64,000 nucleotides of DNA, taken from Podarcis muralis. Taxonomy: Eukaryota. The notes below the pieces were generated by a model, which had not been told where the DNA came from, ran no database searches, and saw only the letters and a program-made list of their open reading frames with translations. The DNA lies in NCBI RefSeq assembly GCF_964188315.1, contig NC_135665.1:42718001-42782000 (forward strand). Reading direction: 5' to 3'. The position numbers and the translations under genes are program-made. Positions within the stretch are counted from its first letter, which is position 1. The number at the start of each line of letters is the position of its first letter. This document shows positions 49,758 to 63,770 of this stretch, one piece after another.

Positions 49758-50004
49758 AAGTAAAGGTAAAGGGACCCCTGACCATTAGGTCCAGTCGTGG
49801 CCGACTCTGGGGTTGTGGTGCTCATCTCGCTTTACTGGCTGAGGGAGCCGGCGTACAGCTTCCGGGTCATGTGGCCAGCATGACTAAGCCGCTTCTGGCC
49901 AACCAGAGCAGCGCACGGAAACACGGTTTACCTTCCCACCGGAGCGGTACCTATATATCTACTTGCACTTTGACGTGCTTTCGAACTGCTAGGTTGGCAG
50001 GAGC
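49758..50004 (-). mobile_element. Sauria SINE, 5'-truncated
   Basis: 13-bp TSD AGTAGTTTAGGTA at 49745-49757 and 50005-50017. Confidence 0.9.
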
Positions 50005-50725
50005 AGTAGTTTAGGTAGTAGTATCAGTTTTAAGTATTTTAAAGATTAACTGTTTTTCAGGGGTGGCTTTAATGTCTAGTATTTTATATTTAATGTCATT
50101 TTATAGTTAATGTCATTGCTGGGTTTATTATTAATCCCTGAATGGGGATTTTGTGACTTTTTTTGCTTTCTGTTTAAAGTGGGATTTGTTGCTGTTGCTT
50201 TATGTATGTGTGTTTGTTTAATTTACTTCCATGTACTGTATATTTTGATTTACTTGTAAGTTGCGTAGAGGCAGTTTGCATTAGGTGGCACTTATCTAAA
50301 CAACAGAAGCAACTATATAGTACCTTTTTTTTGGCCTAGTTTCAGTGCGGAGATAAATTTTAACAAGCTGCAGTCAGGTGAATGAGTTGTGATACAATTA
50401 ACAGAGGAGTTCTTTGGAAAGAACGGACCATGCTTAGACATGAGTTGAAAGCAAAATAATGTATCAACGCCTAGTTGGGAAGGGAGCCAATCAGAAGCTC
50501 CCTTAAGTGGTAGGCTTGTTTGGTACCCTCCTTCATGCTGCCCTGATTCAGTTTCTATTTAAACATTTGTCTTCTGAGCTAAATAGGGAGCTCTGGGATG
50601 ATTATGCCCCCCACATGTCCCCATGACCAGCTTTCTCTGGCAGAGGGTTTTATCTTCTAGTGTAGGTTTCCTGTGTGATGCAGAGCCCTAATTTCAGGTA
50701 TATGGTTAACGTTGCAGTAGATGAT

Positions 50726-50974
50726 GAAGAAGAAGAGTTTGGATTTGATATCCCGCTTTATCACTACCCGAAGGAGTCTCAAAGCGGCCAACATTCTCCT
50801 TTCCCTTCCTCCCCCACAACAAACACTCTGTGAGGTGAGTGGGGCTGAGAGACTTCAGAGAAGTGTGACTGGCCCAAGGTCACCCAGCAGCTGCATGTGG
50901 AGGAGCAGAGACGCGAACCCGGTTCCCCAGATTACGAGACTACCGCTCTTAACCACCACACCACACTGGCTCTC
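50726..50974 (-). mobile_element. tRNA-derived SINE (Squam3-type)
   Basis: GAGAGCCAGTGTGGTGTGGTGGTTAAGAGCGGTAG head and (CTT)n tail; near-identical to the 61509 copy. Confidence 0.82.
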
Positions 50975-53900
50975 ACATTGCCTATATTTTGCTTTGAGCC
51001 CTTCAGATAATAGGCTATAAATCCCTGCCCTGTTTTCCCATCCAGCTGGATACTCAAGATATAATCTGTTATATACAAAGCCATTATATATTAATAACCC
51101 CAATGTGTTAAACTTGCTGCATCTGCCAGTTCTCTTCCTTTCTTTGAGACGTGCGCAGCTGCCATTTTCTTCCATGTCTGCCCTTAATGTCAAAAGCAGG
51201 CTTTCATGTGATGGATCTTCTCTTATTTCCTCCGTATCTACTAGCATCATAAAGTCTGCAACCTGCCAGGCACCTGTTGGTTTGTGACTACTTTCACTGT
51301 GCTGCTCATGCCTCGGCCTCCATTGCCCTTGACATTTATGTAACTTTAAAAAGACTTGCACAAAGCTTCCGAGACCACCCTTTTTGGCATACCAGGATTT
51401 GACACCAGTCAGATGAGGAGCACACAGAAAGTTTACAATGTTAATAGCATGCTGTGTTAGGGCTTCCAACGCATCGCAGTACAAGCTAAGAAGGATGGTG
51501 AGGGACTAGAGGACTTTTCATAGAGCTAAAAAGTTTTTATATGGAAGAGTTGCATGTTGTTGTTATTATTATTATTTACTTTGGATGAGGACAGTCTCTA
51601 ACATTGCAGCCCCCTGCAAGTCTACGCAACGGGGCAGTCAGCCTATATCCATCTTGTGGCTATTTATCAGGAAAAGCCAATGTGGTACCAGCCAGATGTT
51701 TGTGGCTTTTTGAGCAACTTTATCTCTATCTAGCCAGTGTTTGAAATTCTCCAAGTGTCAAACACATTTTGCACCTGGCTATCAGTCACTTGCAACCAAG
51801 TGAAGATGTCTTGGCGCCGGCATAGCACCTGACATCTCCACCATCTGGAGGTGCAGCCCTGGGGATCCTTGGTTCTTGCCTGTTTTCATACGCTAACATA
51901 CACTGTAGAATTTTATCTGTGTTGTTTTATCTGCACAATCAAAACAAATTTCAGGAACCAAAAGGTCATATTGAAAAATACAACTTTTGAGCCATGTGGC
52001 CCAAAAATGTCAACCAGGCATTCCGTTTTGGCAACTACAACCCTGGTTTAAGGAGTAATTTGGTGCCTATCTTATATATTTGAGTTTCTCTGGGAAATTC
52101 TGCAATGGCCAGAAAAATTGCTATGGGAAGTTTATGAGCATGAAGGCCATAGCATTCACTGGTTGTTCCCTAGGACCTGGTATTCAGAAGGTTTGCTCTC
52201 TGTGTTTTGTTTGTGCATGTTATCATCATGTCCCCTAGCTCTAAAATAGGTACATGGTCCCCCCCCCCCAAAGATACTTGCAGTCGTGATTGTGTTCCTG
52301 TGTGATGGGCTGATATGTGTAGATGATGATGTCTGGCAGCTTTTGAAGTACATTCAAAAGAGCTGTTCATCTATGTTAATATCCTTTTTCTCCCCAGGTG
52401 AAGTCCTCTTTATTCCCCGCAAGCCTTTTAGAGTGAATGGCTCTGTATTTTGGTCTTTGCAATAAATGAAGTGTTTCAATGATGTTTGTGTTGGTTTTAT
52501 GCAGATAGCTGTATTGATCTTCTTATAATTTATTTGACTGATTGTTTATATTTGATTTTTTAAAAAGAAAATATTGCACAGAGGTTATTGTTAATGTAGG
52601 TGCTATGAATGCCCAAATTAAATAAATAAAATATTTTAAAATACAGAAACAAATGAATAGGGCACCGAAAGTGGACTTTACCCTCTCATCTATCAAGCAC
52701 CACCTTTTGATTCAATAGACTCTAGTGGTAGGAGTGGTTTAGCAAGGTGGGCAGGACTTACAGCTCTACCAACATTTTGGAAGTGCCAGCCCCCACTTTT
52801 TCTGCATCATGAGCAATTTAATACCTTATATGCACCTTTCCCCCTAATCAACAACCTTCTACCTTTTCAGCTTTCCTTGTAGTGGAGTCACTCCAGCCCA
52901 CCACACATTTTGGGTTGCCCTGTTCTGCACTTCCCCCAAACTTTATAAACATCCTTTTTTGTGATGCTTTTGAACAGACTATAACAACCAATGTATAGGT
53001 TCTCTTTTCATTGTTGTTGGACTGAATGCTGTAAGGATGTTTGCAATGAGCAGCTGCTGCTTGAAAATATCAAGCCGGTCATTCCTCTTGAGAGCTTGTT
53101 GATGAGTACTCAGGAGGAACAGCAGGTAATGATGGCAAGAGCTAAATGGTGCGTTGTCAAAAGACAGCACAAAGATGCCCTGTTCATGAACTACTATCAG
53201 GATCCTTGCGTTGAGTTAGGGGAGGGGTCCATCCTGCCCGGTGCCTGGCAGTGGCTGTCTAGGGTCTTGGGCAGAGAGGGCTTTTCCCAGCCTGCAAGCT
53301 TTTAATTGGATGTGTTAGGGATTGAACTTGAGACCTTGGGCATGGAAAGCATGTGCTCTGCTGCTGAGTTCTGGCTCTTCTCTGAGCACAGGGCAATCAC
53401 TGCGTCACCACTTAAGAAGGTGCTGCCAGTAGTTACGCTGCAGAACAGCTAAGTATATCCCTTTGCACTGTTGCTGGGGGAAGCAAGAGAGCCAGGGAAG
53501 GACGAGCATTTGAAATGTGCTTGGCTTTGGAGAAAGAGAGAGAGAGAGATCGGGGCGGGGAGGCAACAGCAAAGAGAAAAATGGAAAGAAAGAGAGAGAA
53601 AAGAGGGGGGAAACCAAACAAAAACCAAGCTTGGCAGCAGCATGCCTCGTTTCTTTATGAAAACAGTACGGCTTTATTCAGTGTGTGAAAAGACCAAATG
53701 GAACTGTAACACTTCCCTCCGCAAAAGGCACACTGTGGTGTGATCTCTTGGGATGAAGAAGGGAAAAGCTTTGTATAAAGACGTTATTTGCGACCATCTC
53801 TTTCAAACGGATAATGTGCCGCATGTTGTATTGCCATTACAGTATATTATTTAGTTAAATAAATAGCTCTGAGAAAGACATGTACGAGTGAATGTAAAGC

Positions 53901-55543
53901 TTTAAAAAACAACAATTTGGAAGAAGAGTTATTCAAGTGAGCTGTTAAAATACATACGGTCCACTTTTCTGCACAGTTAAAGCAGTTTATAAGTTATCAC
54001 AACCATAACGCTTAAAATAAAAACACTACGTGCATTTTAAAAATTCATGCCAGTTTGTTGCATTACCTACTCCCGGAGGCCTGAAAATTACTTATGCGGT
54101 TCTTTTTCCAGGCACAAGAACTTCCACCAAACAGTTGGATTGCAGTGCTTTTGCAGAAGAATACGAATTGCAGTTTGTGGTTCTGCCTTGGAGAGCTAGC
54201 AGAAACCATGGTTTGGCAGCCTGGGTGAAAGGGCAAACTATAGTTAGCCAGGGAAGAGAAAACTGCAGGAAGGCATGAAAGGAGGAGGGGTGGGGAAGAG
54301 AGGCTGCAAAGGACATTGTATGGGGGGGGGAAATATGGCTGCCCCAGAGGTAGTTCAGAAGGTAGGGACTGAACATTATGACATGGCTTTTTCCTGGAGT
54401 ATTTTAAGAGACGTGAAGTTGCAAGCTTCTGCAAACAACTTGATTTTTTGGGAAAGGAAGATAGAAAAGGGGCAGTACTTAGACCACCTGTGAGAGCAGA
54501 AAGCCTGACTACATGGCCTGATGCAGCAGAGTTCTTCTTACATCCTGTAGCAGCCACAGGTTTCACGTGGTTGTCCATAAAAACAGCTCCAGTACTTTTG
54601 CTCTCATGTGGGGACCCCATGCAATTGGGACAACCAGTTGGCCATGTTTTGCAGTTAAATGGTGTGCCCACACATAAGAAGAAGCATGCATGCTGGAATT
54701 CTTCTACAGATAATGGTGCACAGCCATGGGTTGTCTGAGGAAGAGAAGTGATGTTGGGAACATGGCTACAAGTGCAATCCCACTCCCAAATAAACATGGG
54801 ACTGCTCAACATCCAAGTAATGTATCAACAGGGCTTTATTTCTCATGATGGGGCTGTAGGCCATGAGTTTTAGGCCAGGGCTTCTGTGTGAATGACTGTA
54901 GCTGGGCAATAAGCATTGCACTTGCCTTCCGTTTTGAGATGAATGTCCTTGCAATGTTAGCTGAGTGTTAAATCACCTATAAAATGGTAACGAGCTGAGG
55001 GATTTTGCGGAGGTGGTAAAAGGGGTCTGGGAAGCAATTGGCCAAGAGCATTTTGTGATGCTAAGGGAAGTGCACAAGGCTTGCAGTGAGGGCGAGAGTG
55101 GAACTAGGAGCGATAAAATGTTGTAGGCAGGTTAGCTTCTGTGAAGGAAAGTGAAAGGTCGTTGGCAGAGAAAAACCCTCCCAGGAGGAGCAAGGATGAA
55201 AAGCAGAATGGAAAGAGGAAAAGGAGGAGAGAGAAAAAAGGAGGGGGAAGGAACTCAGGGAAAGGGTGCAAAGTGAGCAGTAGGCTGAAAAACAGCAGCC
55301 TCGGTTGGGTACTCTTGTGCTCTGCTTTTCTAAAGGTAGTTAGTTCTCTGTTTGAAAAGATGCCCGTGGGCCCATCTCTCTTGGATGGGCTTCCTGGTCC
55401 AAGTCTGGTTTAAAAATAAAGAACCATAGGAAGGGGTGGCAAGGGCCTTGAAGTTGCCAATCAATAAGCCTGAAGTCTTGCACTTCAATTCTCCTGCGAT
55501 TTTAATGGGTTCATGCTGTGGTCACCCACTGTGATGCACGCAC

Positions 55544-55592
55544 CTTCCTTCCTTCCTTCCTTCCTTCCTTCCTTCCTTCCTTCCTTCCTTCC
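55544..55592. repeat. (CCTT)n microsatellite
   Basis: About 11-12 CCTT units. Confidence 0.95.
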
Positions 55593-57452
55593 CTCCCTCG
55601 CTGAGAATTTCCTCTCCAGTATTTTGGCATAGAAAGTCATGGCCAGAAGAATGGCAGAATGTGGAGGGAGAGTCATTCAATGAATCATTGGGGGCGGGAT
55701 GGGCAGAACCAACATGGTGGTATGGTGGTCACAATACAATGGGGCAGGTGAGAGCAGTGTGAAAGGAATGTCAGAAAACAGGACAGAAGTGCTAGCCTTA
55801 TTGTGAGTTAAATTGGTGCAGGAAACCCCACGTGTGAATGCAGCCTCCGCCTCTGCATTGCCCTTCTAGAACTCAGCATGAAGATGGATGGGGACAAAAG
55901 TAGCTATAGCTGGTTCTACCTGTCATTGGCTCTGGTTTCACCAGCTACTGGGCTCCCTGCTTTTCGCCCTACCAGTCCCAGTGAGCACAGGCCACCCCCT
56001 GGGCAGGAGTTCTGGGAAGGCAGGATAGGTACCTGAAAGGGGGTGAGTCAAGTGAAAAAGTGAGCTAGAAGAAGGGGACCTAAGGGGACCAGAAACACGT
56101 AGCTGAAGAAAGCAGCAGTGGGGGCGAATGTAGGTCAGGGGCACTACCTGCCGGATGAGTAAGATAACCCACCTGTTTGGTCTCCCATTTCAGCTTTATC
56201 TGCAAACAGAAATGAATAAGCATCCATTTCAATGGATGAGTCATTCCTTTTAACTTGCTCCCAAAAACATTCATGCTAGTTTCCTTAAGCTCTCATAGTA
56301 GGTGAGCTGCTGTTAGCTTTTGAAAACCAAATGCTGAATGAAAAAATGGTGTGGCGAAAGACTGCCATTTCCTAAGGTCAGAGATTACTAGAACTGCATG
56401 TGTAATAGATCTGAATATCGGGAGGAAAAAACAACCCACCCACCCACCGCTGCAGTATATAACAGTACGTGGAGAAAAGCAAATTAAAGAACTCCTGTCT
56501 TTTAACAAGTTTACAAGACAATACCAGTAACAACAACAATTACAAAAAAGAGATTAGTGTATGAGGAGGGATGCAGAAGCTCATTATTTCTCCTGCTTCA
56601 GTAGGTTTCTCCAACTCACCTTTTTATAGATAAGGTATGAAGTATATGCTTTAGTGTAAGTACAACATGCAGCTTCTGGCTTCTTTAATTCTCCTTTGCT
56701 GGCAGTATGAGACGGTATTTCCAGAATTTCTGCCACTAGCTTGACTGTTGCATCTGGCCCTACTGCACAGCAGTGTTTGTGTCTTGGTGCCTCAAAGATG
56801 TGTAGCATATATAATGCTTCTAGACCATCATAATCTGAATATGTCACAGATGAGAGCTTTCTGAGTACACTGTTGACCGACATGTATTCTGGTGTTGCCA
56901 GAATTAAACTAAGGCTAAGCTATAGTGTTAGAGTGATAGCATGTTAAAGATGCTTGACACACTGCCTCCCTGATCTAGACTGGAACTGTGGCCTCCAAGA
57001 AGGGATTGAGATCTTCCCCTGAAACTATTTGTCCTCAAGGAGGTGACATTTTCAGCCCGCAGCATGGGGAGTGGTTGGCAGGAAAGCAGTCCATGAGAAA
57101 GAGCTAAATTCTCCACCAGCGCCATGGCCTCAATCCCCTGGTGCATCCGTTTTTCTTAGGAAAGAAGTTTGTGCAGTCTTTAGCACACTTAATGGAACCC
57201 AAGGTTTGATGACTAGACTCCACATTGGGTCAAGATCACGCTCCTTGGTCCTTGTGCGTGGTGATGACATCATCAGTCTCCCAGTCAGCTGACATGAAGT
57301 GCATGTGTTGTGTGGCATTATCTGTGGTCTGAGATTCACCTGCAGCCTGTGGACTGCATATCGAGCTCCCCAAGTTACTGTGCTTCTTCTAGAAAATAGC
57401 ACAAAGTATGGGAGGGACTGACCCCATTCCTTTCCCAAAAGCTGCTGCCTCA

Positions 57453-57771
57453 GGCCCCATCTACACTACACATTTAGAGCTGTATCATGCTACTTCAAAT
57501 AGTTACAGCTTTCCCCAAAGAATCCTGGGGACTGTAGTTTGTTACGGGTGCTGAGAGTTGTTAGGAGACCTTTATTTCCCTCATTCATTCCCTCAGTACC
57601 CACAATTCTCTGGGAAGAGTGAGTAGACTATTCTGAGAATCAGAACTCTGTGATTTGTGGGGAATCCTAAAAACTTGCAGAACAAGCTGCAGTTCCCAGG
57701 ATTCTTTGGGGGAAGCCAGGACTATTTAAAGCAGTACAATACTGTTTTGCATGTGTAGTGCAGATGCTGCC
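57453..57771. mobile_element. Old palindromic MITE, possibly PIF/Harbinger-like (relatives near 23890 and 47215)
   Basis: GGCCCCATCTACACTACAC...GTGTAGTGCAGATGCTGCC with TCA/TAA flanks; internal inverted CCCCAAAGAATCCTGGG motif. Confidence 0.45.
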
Positions 57772-57807
57772 TAAGTCTCTAAGGCCTGATGCTCTGGCAT
57801 TGACTTC

Positions 57808-58177
57808 CAGACCCTCCAAGCGTCCCTCTTTTCCAGGGACAGTCCCGAATTTACAGAAGTTGCCCCGATTTCTGATTTGATCCTGGAATGTTCCGCTTTT
57901 CTTTAGGACATCCCTATTTTCCTTGGAGAAATATTGGAGAGTATGGAGTTATGCGAAACAAGGAGATAAGTAGCTATACAACTTTTAGAAGACATCTGAA
58001 GGCAACTCTGTATAGGGAAGTTTTTTTTTTTAATGTTTAACGTTTTATTATGTTTTTATATTTCTTGGAAGCCAGCTGGAGTGGCTGGGGTAAACCAGTC
58101 AGATGGGTGGGGTATTGTTATAATTATTATTGAATAGGCTGTCCCTATTTTTCATTGGATAAATTCTGGAGGGTATG
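57808..58177 (-). mobile_element. Non-autonomous DNA transposon with 6-bp TSD, copy 2 (opposite orientation)
   Basis: CAGACCCTCCA...TGGAGGGTATG; TSD GACTTC at 57802-57807 and 58178-58183. Confidence 0.8.
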
Positions 58178-58638
58178 GACTTCACTGCTGTAAATCAAGG
58201 CTTAGAAGAGCTCTAATTGAGGTTCATTTTAAGACCAGAGCTGAACCTCGGAAAGTTTGGGGTCTAATTTGAAATGGATCTGCTTGGGCAATATAACTTT
58301 AATCTATAAATGCCCGTGTTAAATGTCTTCTGCCAAATACCAATTGTCTTTCGACAGAGGGAAACTCTAGCCCTCTAGTTACCATCTGCCCTAACCAGCA
58401 TAGTCAATGGTCAGGGATCATGGGTGTTGTAGTGCAGCCGCATCTGAAGGGCTGCAGGTTCCCCATTCCTCGGTTAGAACATGGCAGTATGTGTAGAACT
58501 GCAGAATCATACATCCATCTGAAGCTATTAAGGGCTATGCTTATCAGAATGGCAGACTACCCAATACAAGTTGCTCTAATTTGCATAGCATTTTTTTCCA
58601 GAAAACATACACCACTGGTGTATTTATATCACATCAGG

Positions 58639-58639
58639 G

Positions 58640-58679
<40 letters not shown>
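58639..58679. repeat. (GT)n microsatellite
   Basis: About 20 GT units. Confidence 0.97.
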
Positions 58680-58681
<2 letters not shown>

Positions 58682-59452
58682 CCTAATGAGCTATAGTGGG
58701 ATAACATTATCTGAAGTTAATATGTAAACCCCTGATCTTCTTAGATTTTCATTCAACTTGAAGCTCAGAGACTGTGATCATTAAAACTGATACAAGGACA
58801 CAAGCCAACGAGGGCCACAGAGACACATTCCACATGGGTCCTCTCTTCCCTATCAAAGAAGGCTATTGTATGCCACGACAAAACAAAAATGTGTTTGACC
58901 AATTGTGTTCTTTTTTTGAATATGATTGACGGCTGTATAGTTTGCTTGCCAGCATGAGTATTATCTTAACTGAGAGGTACGTGAAGGTAGCTTATCACTG
59001 AAGGAGAGAGATTGATGGGTGGGTTTTGTCTTTGACAAAGATTACTGTATCAACAGTTGACTGAAGTGCATGATTTTAAGTACCAGTTCATCTCACCTAA
59101 TTCATTCCCTTGAAAATATGACAAGTGCCTGGCATATTATATGATACAGGATGCCTCATCTGGCATTGATTAAAAATGTGCCATTGAATATTAATTACTA
59201 AAAAGCCTGCTCATAGTCAGGGATTCACTCAAGAATTGAGATCTGATTTACTTTTATATTACTGTTATGCTAAGAGGAAGGAAAAGAAGATTTAAATATC
59301 TTCTGCTCAGTATGATGAGTGTGCATTACACAGGCGGAGACAGGAGATTTGGGGTGGGTGGAGAAGTGGGTTGAGATTCACCATGGGTCCTGTTGGTCTA
59401 CATCTTGGAGGGTTGTTGCAAAAACCTGGTGATGCTCCTGAAAATAACCAGG

Positions 59453-59687
59453 CCATGTGGCCAGCATGACTACGCCGCTTCTGGCGAACCAGAGCAGCAC
59501 ATGGAAATGCCATTTACCTTCCCACCTATTTATCTACTTGCACTTTGACGTGCTTTCGAACTGCTAGGTTGGCAGGAGCAGGGACCAAGCAACGGGAACT
59601 CACCCTGTCGCGGGGATTCGAACCGCCGACCTTCTGATCGGCAAGTCCTAGTCTCTGTGGTTTAACCCACAGCGCCACCCGCATCCC
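59453..59687 (-). mobile_element. Sauria SINE, 3'-truncated
   Basis: Head and central body match the other copies. Confidence 0.87.
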
Positions 59688-60362
59688 TTTCATCTGGGTA
59701 GTGACCCTGTAATTTGAGCCTATCACGTTGGATTTGTCTCACTGTGTGTGCAGCCTTCTCAAACATGCATGTATGCATGTGATGCGCCTGGCATGTTCTA
59801 GGGGGTGGCTAGAATTGTCATTGTACAGCACCTTCTCATATGCCGAAGATGCACCTCTTTACCCTGGCCTTCAAAAATTAAGATATTTTGTTTTGTGGGA
59901 CCCACCTCTTCTATTGAATTTCTGTTACTCTGTTTGATGCAGAATGATTTTACTGGTTTTATGATTGCAATGGCTTTATTTGCAACCCGCCCTGTGAGCT
60001 TATGGTGAAGGCTGGGCCAGAAAATTAATTTTAATTAATTAATTGCTGACTTATGGGTGCTTGGGGGCCTCAGAGGTGGGACAGGGCATTCAAATGAGCA
60101 AGGTGGGAATGCTGACATTGCATAAAAGCAAACAAATGTGTGTGCATGCACACACTATGTGGAAGAGCCATAGCCTGCTGGTTCAGCCCATGTTTTACAT
60201 GCCAAAGGTTCCAGGTTCATTGCCTAGAAACTCCCAAGTAGGTTTAAGAAAAACCTCTACCTGAAACTTTGGAGGGTTGCTGCCAGTCAGTGCCTGCAGT
60301 CCCGAGCTACATGGATCAATGCTTTGCCTCAGTATCAGGCAGCCTCCTAGGTACCTCTAAAG

Positions 60363-60498
60363 CAGGCTTCCTCAACCTCAGTCCTCCAGATGTTTTGAGA
60401 CTACAATTCCCATCATCCCTGATGACTGGTCCTGCTAGCTAGGGATCATGGGAGTTGGAGGCCAAAAACATCTGGAGGGCCGAGGTTGAGGAAGCCTG
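60363..60498. mobile_element. Palindromic hAT-type MITE (degenerate relatives near 16520, 17430, 30810, 32670, 58400)
   Basis: About 58-bp inverted arms starting CAGGCTTCCTCAACCTC; TSD CTCTAAAG/CTCTAAGG. Confidence 0.88.
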
Positions 60499-61508
60499 CT
60501 CTAAGGAGAAAGCAAAGGAGGTCCTCATCACAACTGGCCACTGCAGACATTACCTTGCAAAATAGCTGAAAGCCCTAAGCATTGGAACAATTATTGGCCT
60601 AATGGTTCTAATTTGTTAAAAGATTATTGGAATAAAAATGATTTGTTATACAGTTGTTTAAGTAAGTTAGATTACACATTCTAAAATGCTGAGTGAAGAA
60701 AATACTTACTAAGCACGAACTTGGCATCTCCTGATGAAGCATAATCATATTAAAAGGATCAATAGCGAATAGTATCTGCTGGTGCCAGCAGTATAATATA
60801 TTTCATCATGCACCTTGTAGCCCATATTTGTATTGCTGAAAATGGCCTTTCAGCAGATTACATTGGATACCGAAGTGAATTTTCACGGGTTGTATTTAAC
60901 TCAGCTACTTGCTCCACAAATTCCCTTTTATTCTAACTTGGATAATTGAACGACTAACCATGCTGAGGTCTACAAGAAAGTACAGACCAATCAGGCACAG
61001 AGAATGAAGGAGTGCAGAAATGAACGTGAAACTTCCATTCTAGGACAGACAGAGGATCCAGACACCTTGAAACCCAGGTTTCCTACTGTAGTCCTTGTCC
61101 ACTACTTCTAACATGGGTCTGGGTGGGACCCATTTCTAGGGTGGGAATGTAATTTAGGAAAGGCTTTTAACCAAAATGCAAGCTTTTCTCGAGAGACTTC
61201 CTGTGGGCCAGGATGGGGAACAGGTTACAGCAAGTGGGCCAGATCCTGAGATTCCCCCACCATGGGCCACTTGGATGAGCGGGCAAGGGTTCAAAGGAAC
61301 AGTCAGATGACTTAACTTCAAAGGAAGGAATTAAAAGTATGTTCCTAATTCGTTCCTTTCTTCCAATGCACGAGTAGTTTGGATTCATCTTGAATCATTT
61401 GCAAAGGGAAGTCCCTGTTGCAAGTGTTGCATTTCAAGGCAAGCCCTGCCTGTGGCAGGAACTCTAATTGGGGGCTCCTTAGTGCCACATTTAAATGTTG
61501 CCAAATGC

Positions 61509-61774
61509 GGAGAGCCGGTGTGGTGTAGTGGTTAAGAGCGGTAGACTCGTAATCTGGTGAACCGGGTTCGCATCTCCGCTCCTCCACATGCAGCTGCTGG
61601 GTGACCTTGGGCCAGTCACACTTCTCTGAAGTCTCTCAGCCCCACTCACCTCACAGAGTGTTTGTTGTGGGGGAGGAAGGGAAAGGAGAATGTTAGCCGC
61701 TTTGAGACTCCTTAAAGGGAGTGAAAGGCGGGATATCAAATCCAAACTCTCAAATCCAAATCCAAACTCTTCTT
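61509..61774 (+). mobile_element. tRNA-derived SINE (Squam3-type)
   Basis: GGAGAGCCGGTGTGGTGTAGTGGTTAAGAGCGG head with A/B boxes; tail CAAATCCAAACTCT duplicated, then CTT. Confidence 0.82.
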
Positions 61775-63544
61775 GGAGATGGGGAAGGAGAGGTTGCTGT
61801 AGGAAGTACTCATGGAGTGATGGAGGCTGGCGAAGGGATTGGGGTCAGTGCACAGGAACCAGAGCAGCAGGGCCCATCACCATCACCAGAAGGGCCCCTG
61901 TCTCCATGTCCACAGCGGGCTCTGAGGTATAGGGAGCAGCAGGAGTGGTGCTCTAGGAGGCTGAGGCAGGCAAGGGCCTACAGCCCAGCTCTCTAGCTGG
62001 CCAGGTGCAGCTCGCTAGCTCTGGAAGGAGGGGTGTGATTCTTCAGCTGGATTAGGCTTGGAACAGGTGAGGGTCACATGCCTCATCAAGCTCAGATGCT
62101 GCAGTCAGCAGGCAAGGCATAAAGGGGAAGCAGATCTGAGGTGCTGGCTCTGCTCAGCTTCCCATGTTGGTTGGGCCATGGTTTGGATGTTCCAGGGTGT
62201 TCTTTGGGATTGTGGGGGTGGGGAAATGATCTGCAGTTGCCCTGACCCCTGGATCGGCTGAAGCGGTGCAAACTTGGCCTGAGTGGACTTTGAACCTGTT
62301 AGCCTGCTGGACTGCACACTAGCATCTGCTGTGAGGATCATGTGTACCCTGTGGTTCAGGATGGAGGAGTGCACTCTTGGTTGTTTCACTGTAGCCATGG
62401 TTTTACCTGCCCCACACCTGCTGTTTAGTGTGATGCGGGTGGGCATGGCTGGGGGAGAACAGCCTTGTCTGATTTGACCCAGAGGCCAGTGGTACCCCAT
62501 GCCTGCTTTGGAAGAGCAGAGGTCAGATGTGAATATTGCTTTGCTAGCATAATGCCGCTGCTCTTGCTCCAGCCAGCATTGTAAGCAGCCACAGAACAGG
62601 AAGGTTACACCAGATCTAGGAGGGTTCAAACTATGATGTCACAAAAAGCTACCATCTACAGATGCAGCATAGCATTACGGTTCAAAATTATTGCATTGGA
62701 CAGAAATGGGTGGCAAATTGGAAAAATGATGATTTATCTCTCTTGTTCTCTCTCTTATAATGTCAGTCTTCTAACGAGCCGCCAGTGGAGAACATAATCC
62801 CCCTGTGATGTATATAGAATTTTGCCACCATGACGCCACTGCTGGTATTGATCAGATATATTGGATCAAATGCTTAAGGTTGTGCAGATGCAATCTGATG
62901 CTGTGCTTGTATGCAGTTTGGTTTGCTGTATACCAAGGCTGGGCAGAAAAGAGATTGGGATCTCTGGGTGATATGCAGGTGATCGGCAAGGATTTCTGGT
63001 AGTTCAACAGTAAAATGACTTCCCTCCCCAAATTGGACTGCTAGCATAAGGAACATTGTATTGTGTGCAGAGGGATTGTGAGTTCAGCTCAGTTTTGGTA
63101 CCCAAAACAAATTCCTGTGCTCAGCAGCTTTTCAGAGGCACCCTGTTCTTTAATTCCAGGTGTGTGTCTTTTGCACCTAGTTCTGATTTGTGTATCTCAG
63201 GGTTACCTAATACAGATATTTAAAATGCCTGAGTGATGGGTGTTAGTTTCTTTTTTGTGATTTCTTTGTGCATTTGCAGCTGTGCATAAGAGATTGTAAC
63301 ATGTCTGTGTCCTATTGCTATTGCCATATAAAATGGATTTTTGGAGGACATTCATATTGGAAGCCCAGATGAAAGATAATTTATATCAGTTTGGGCTTTT
63401 TAATATTGATAGGATTAGTTTCAGATTTCGTTCTGTAAGTGAGTTTGCATATCTGTGCTGTTGCCTGGGTCTGGTTCACAATAAAAAAGGTTCCTTGTTT
63501 CTCCTTTCCCCATGTACAAAATGTGCAGAAGAATATTAAGTGTA

Positions 63545-63770
63545 CAGTGGTACCTCGGATTAAGTACTTAATTCATTCTAGAGGTCCGTTCTTAACCTGA
63601 AACTGTTCTTAACCTGAAGCACCACTTTAGCTAATGGGGCCTCCTGCTGCCGCCGCTCCGCCAGAGCACGATTTCTGTTCTCATCCTGAAGCAAAGTTCT
63701 TAACCTGAAGCACTATTTCTGGGTTAGCGGAGTCTGTAACCTGAAGCGTATGTAACCTGAGGTACCACTG
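63545..63770. mobile_element. Tc1/mariner-type MITE
   Basis: Same TIRs, TA TSD. Confidence 0.92.

Noticed and set aside
54063-54812. Longest ORF in the track (249 aa, minus strand)
   Set aside because: Ser/Leu/Pro/Cys-rich, no recognisable domain, no splice or promoter support; treated as a chance ORF.
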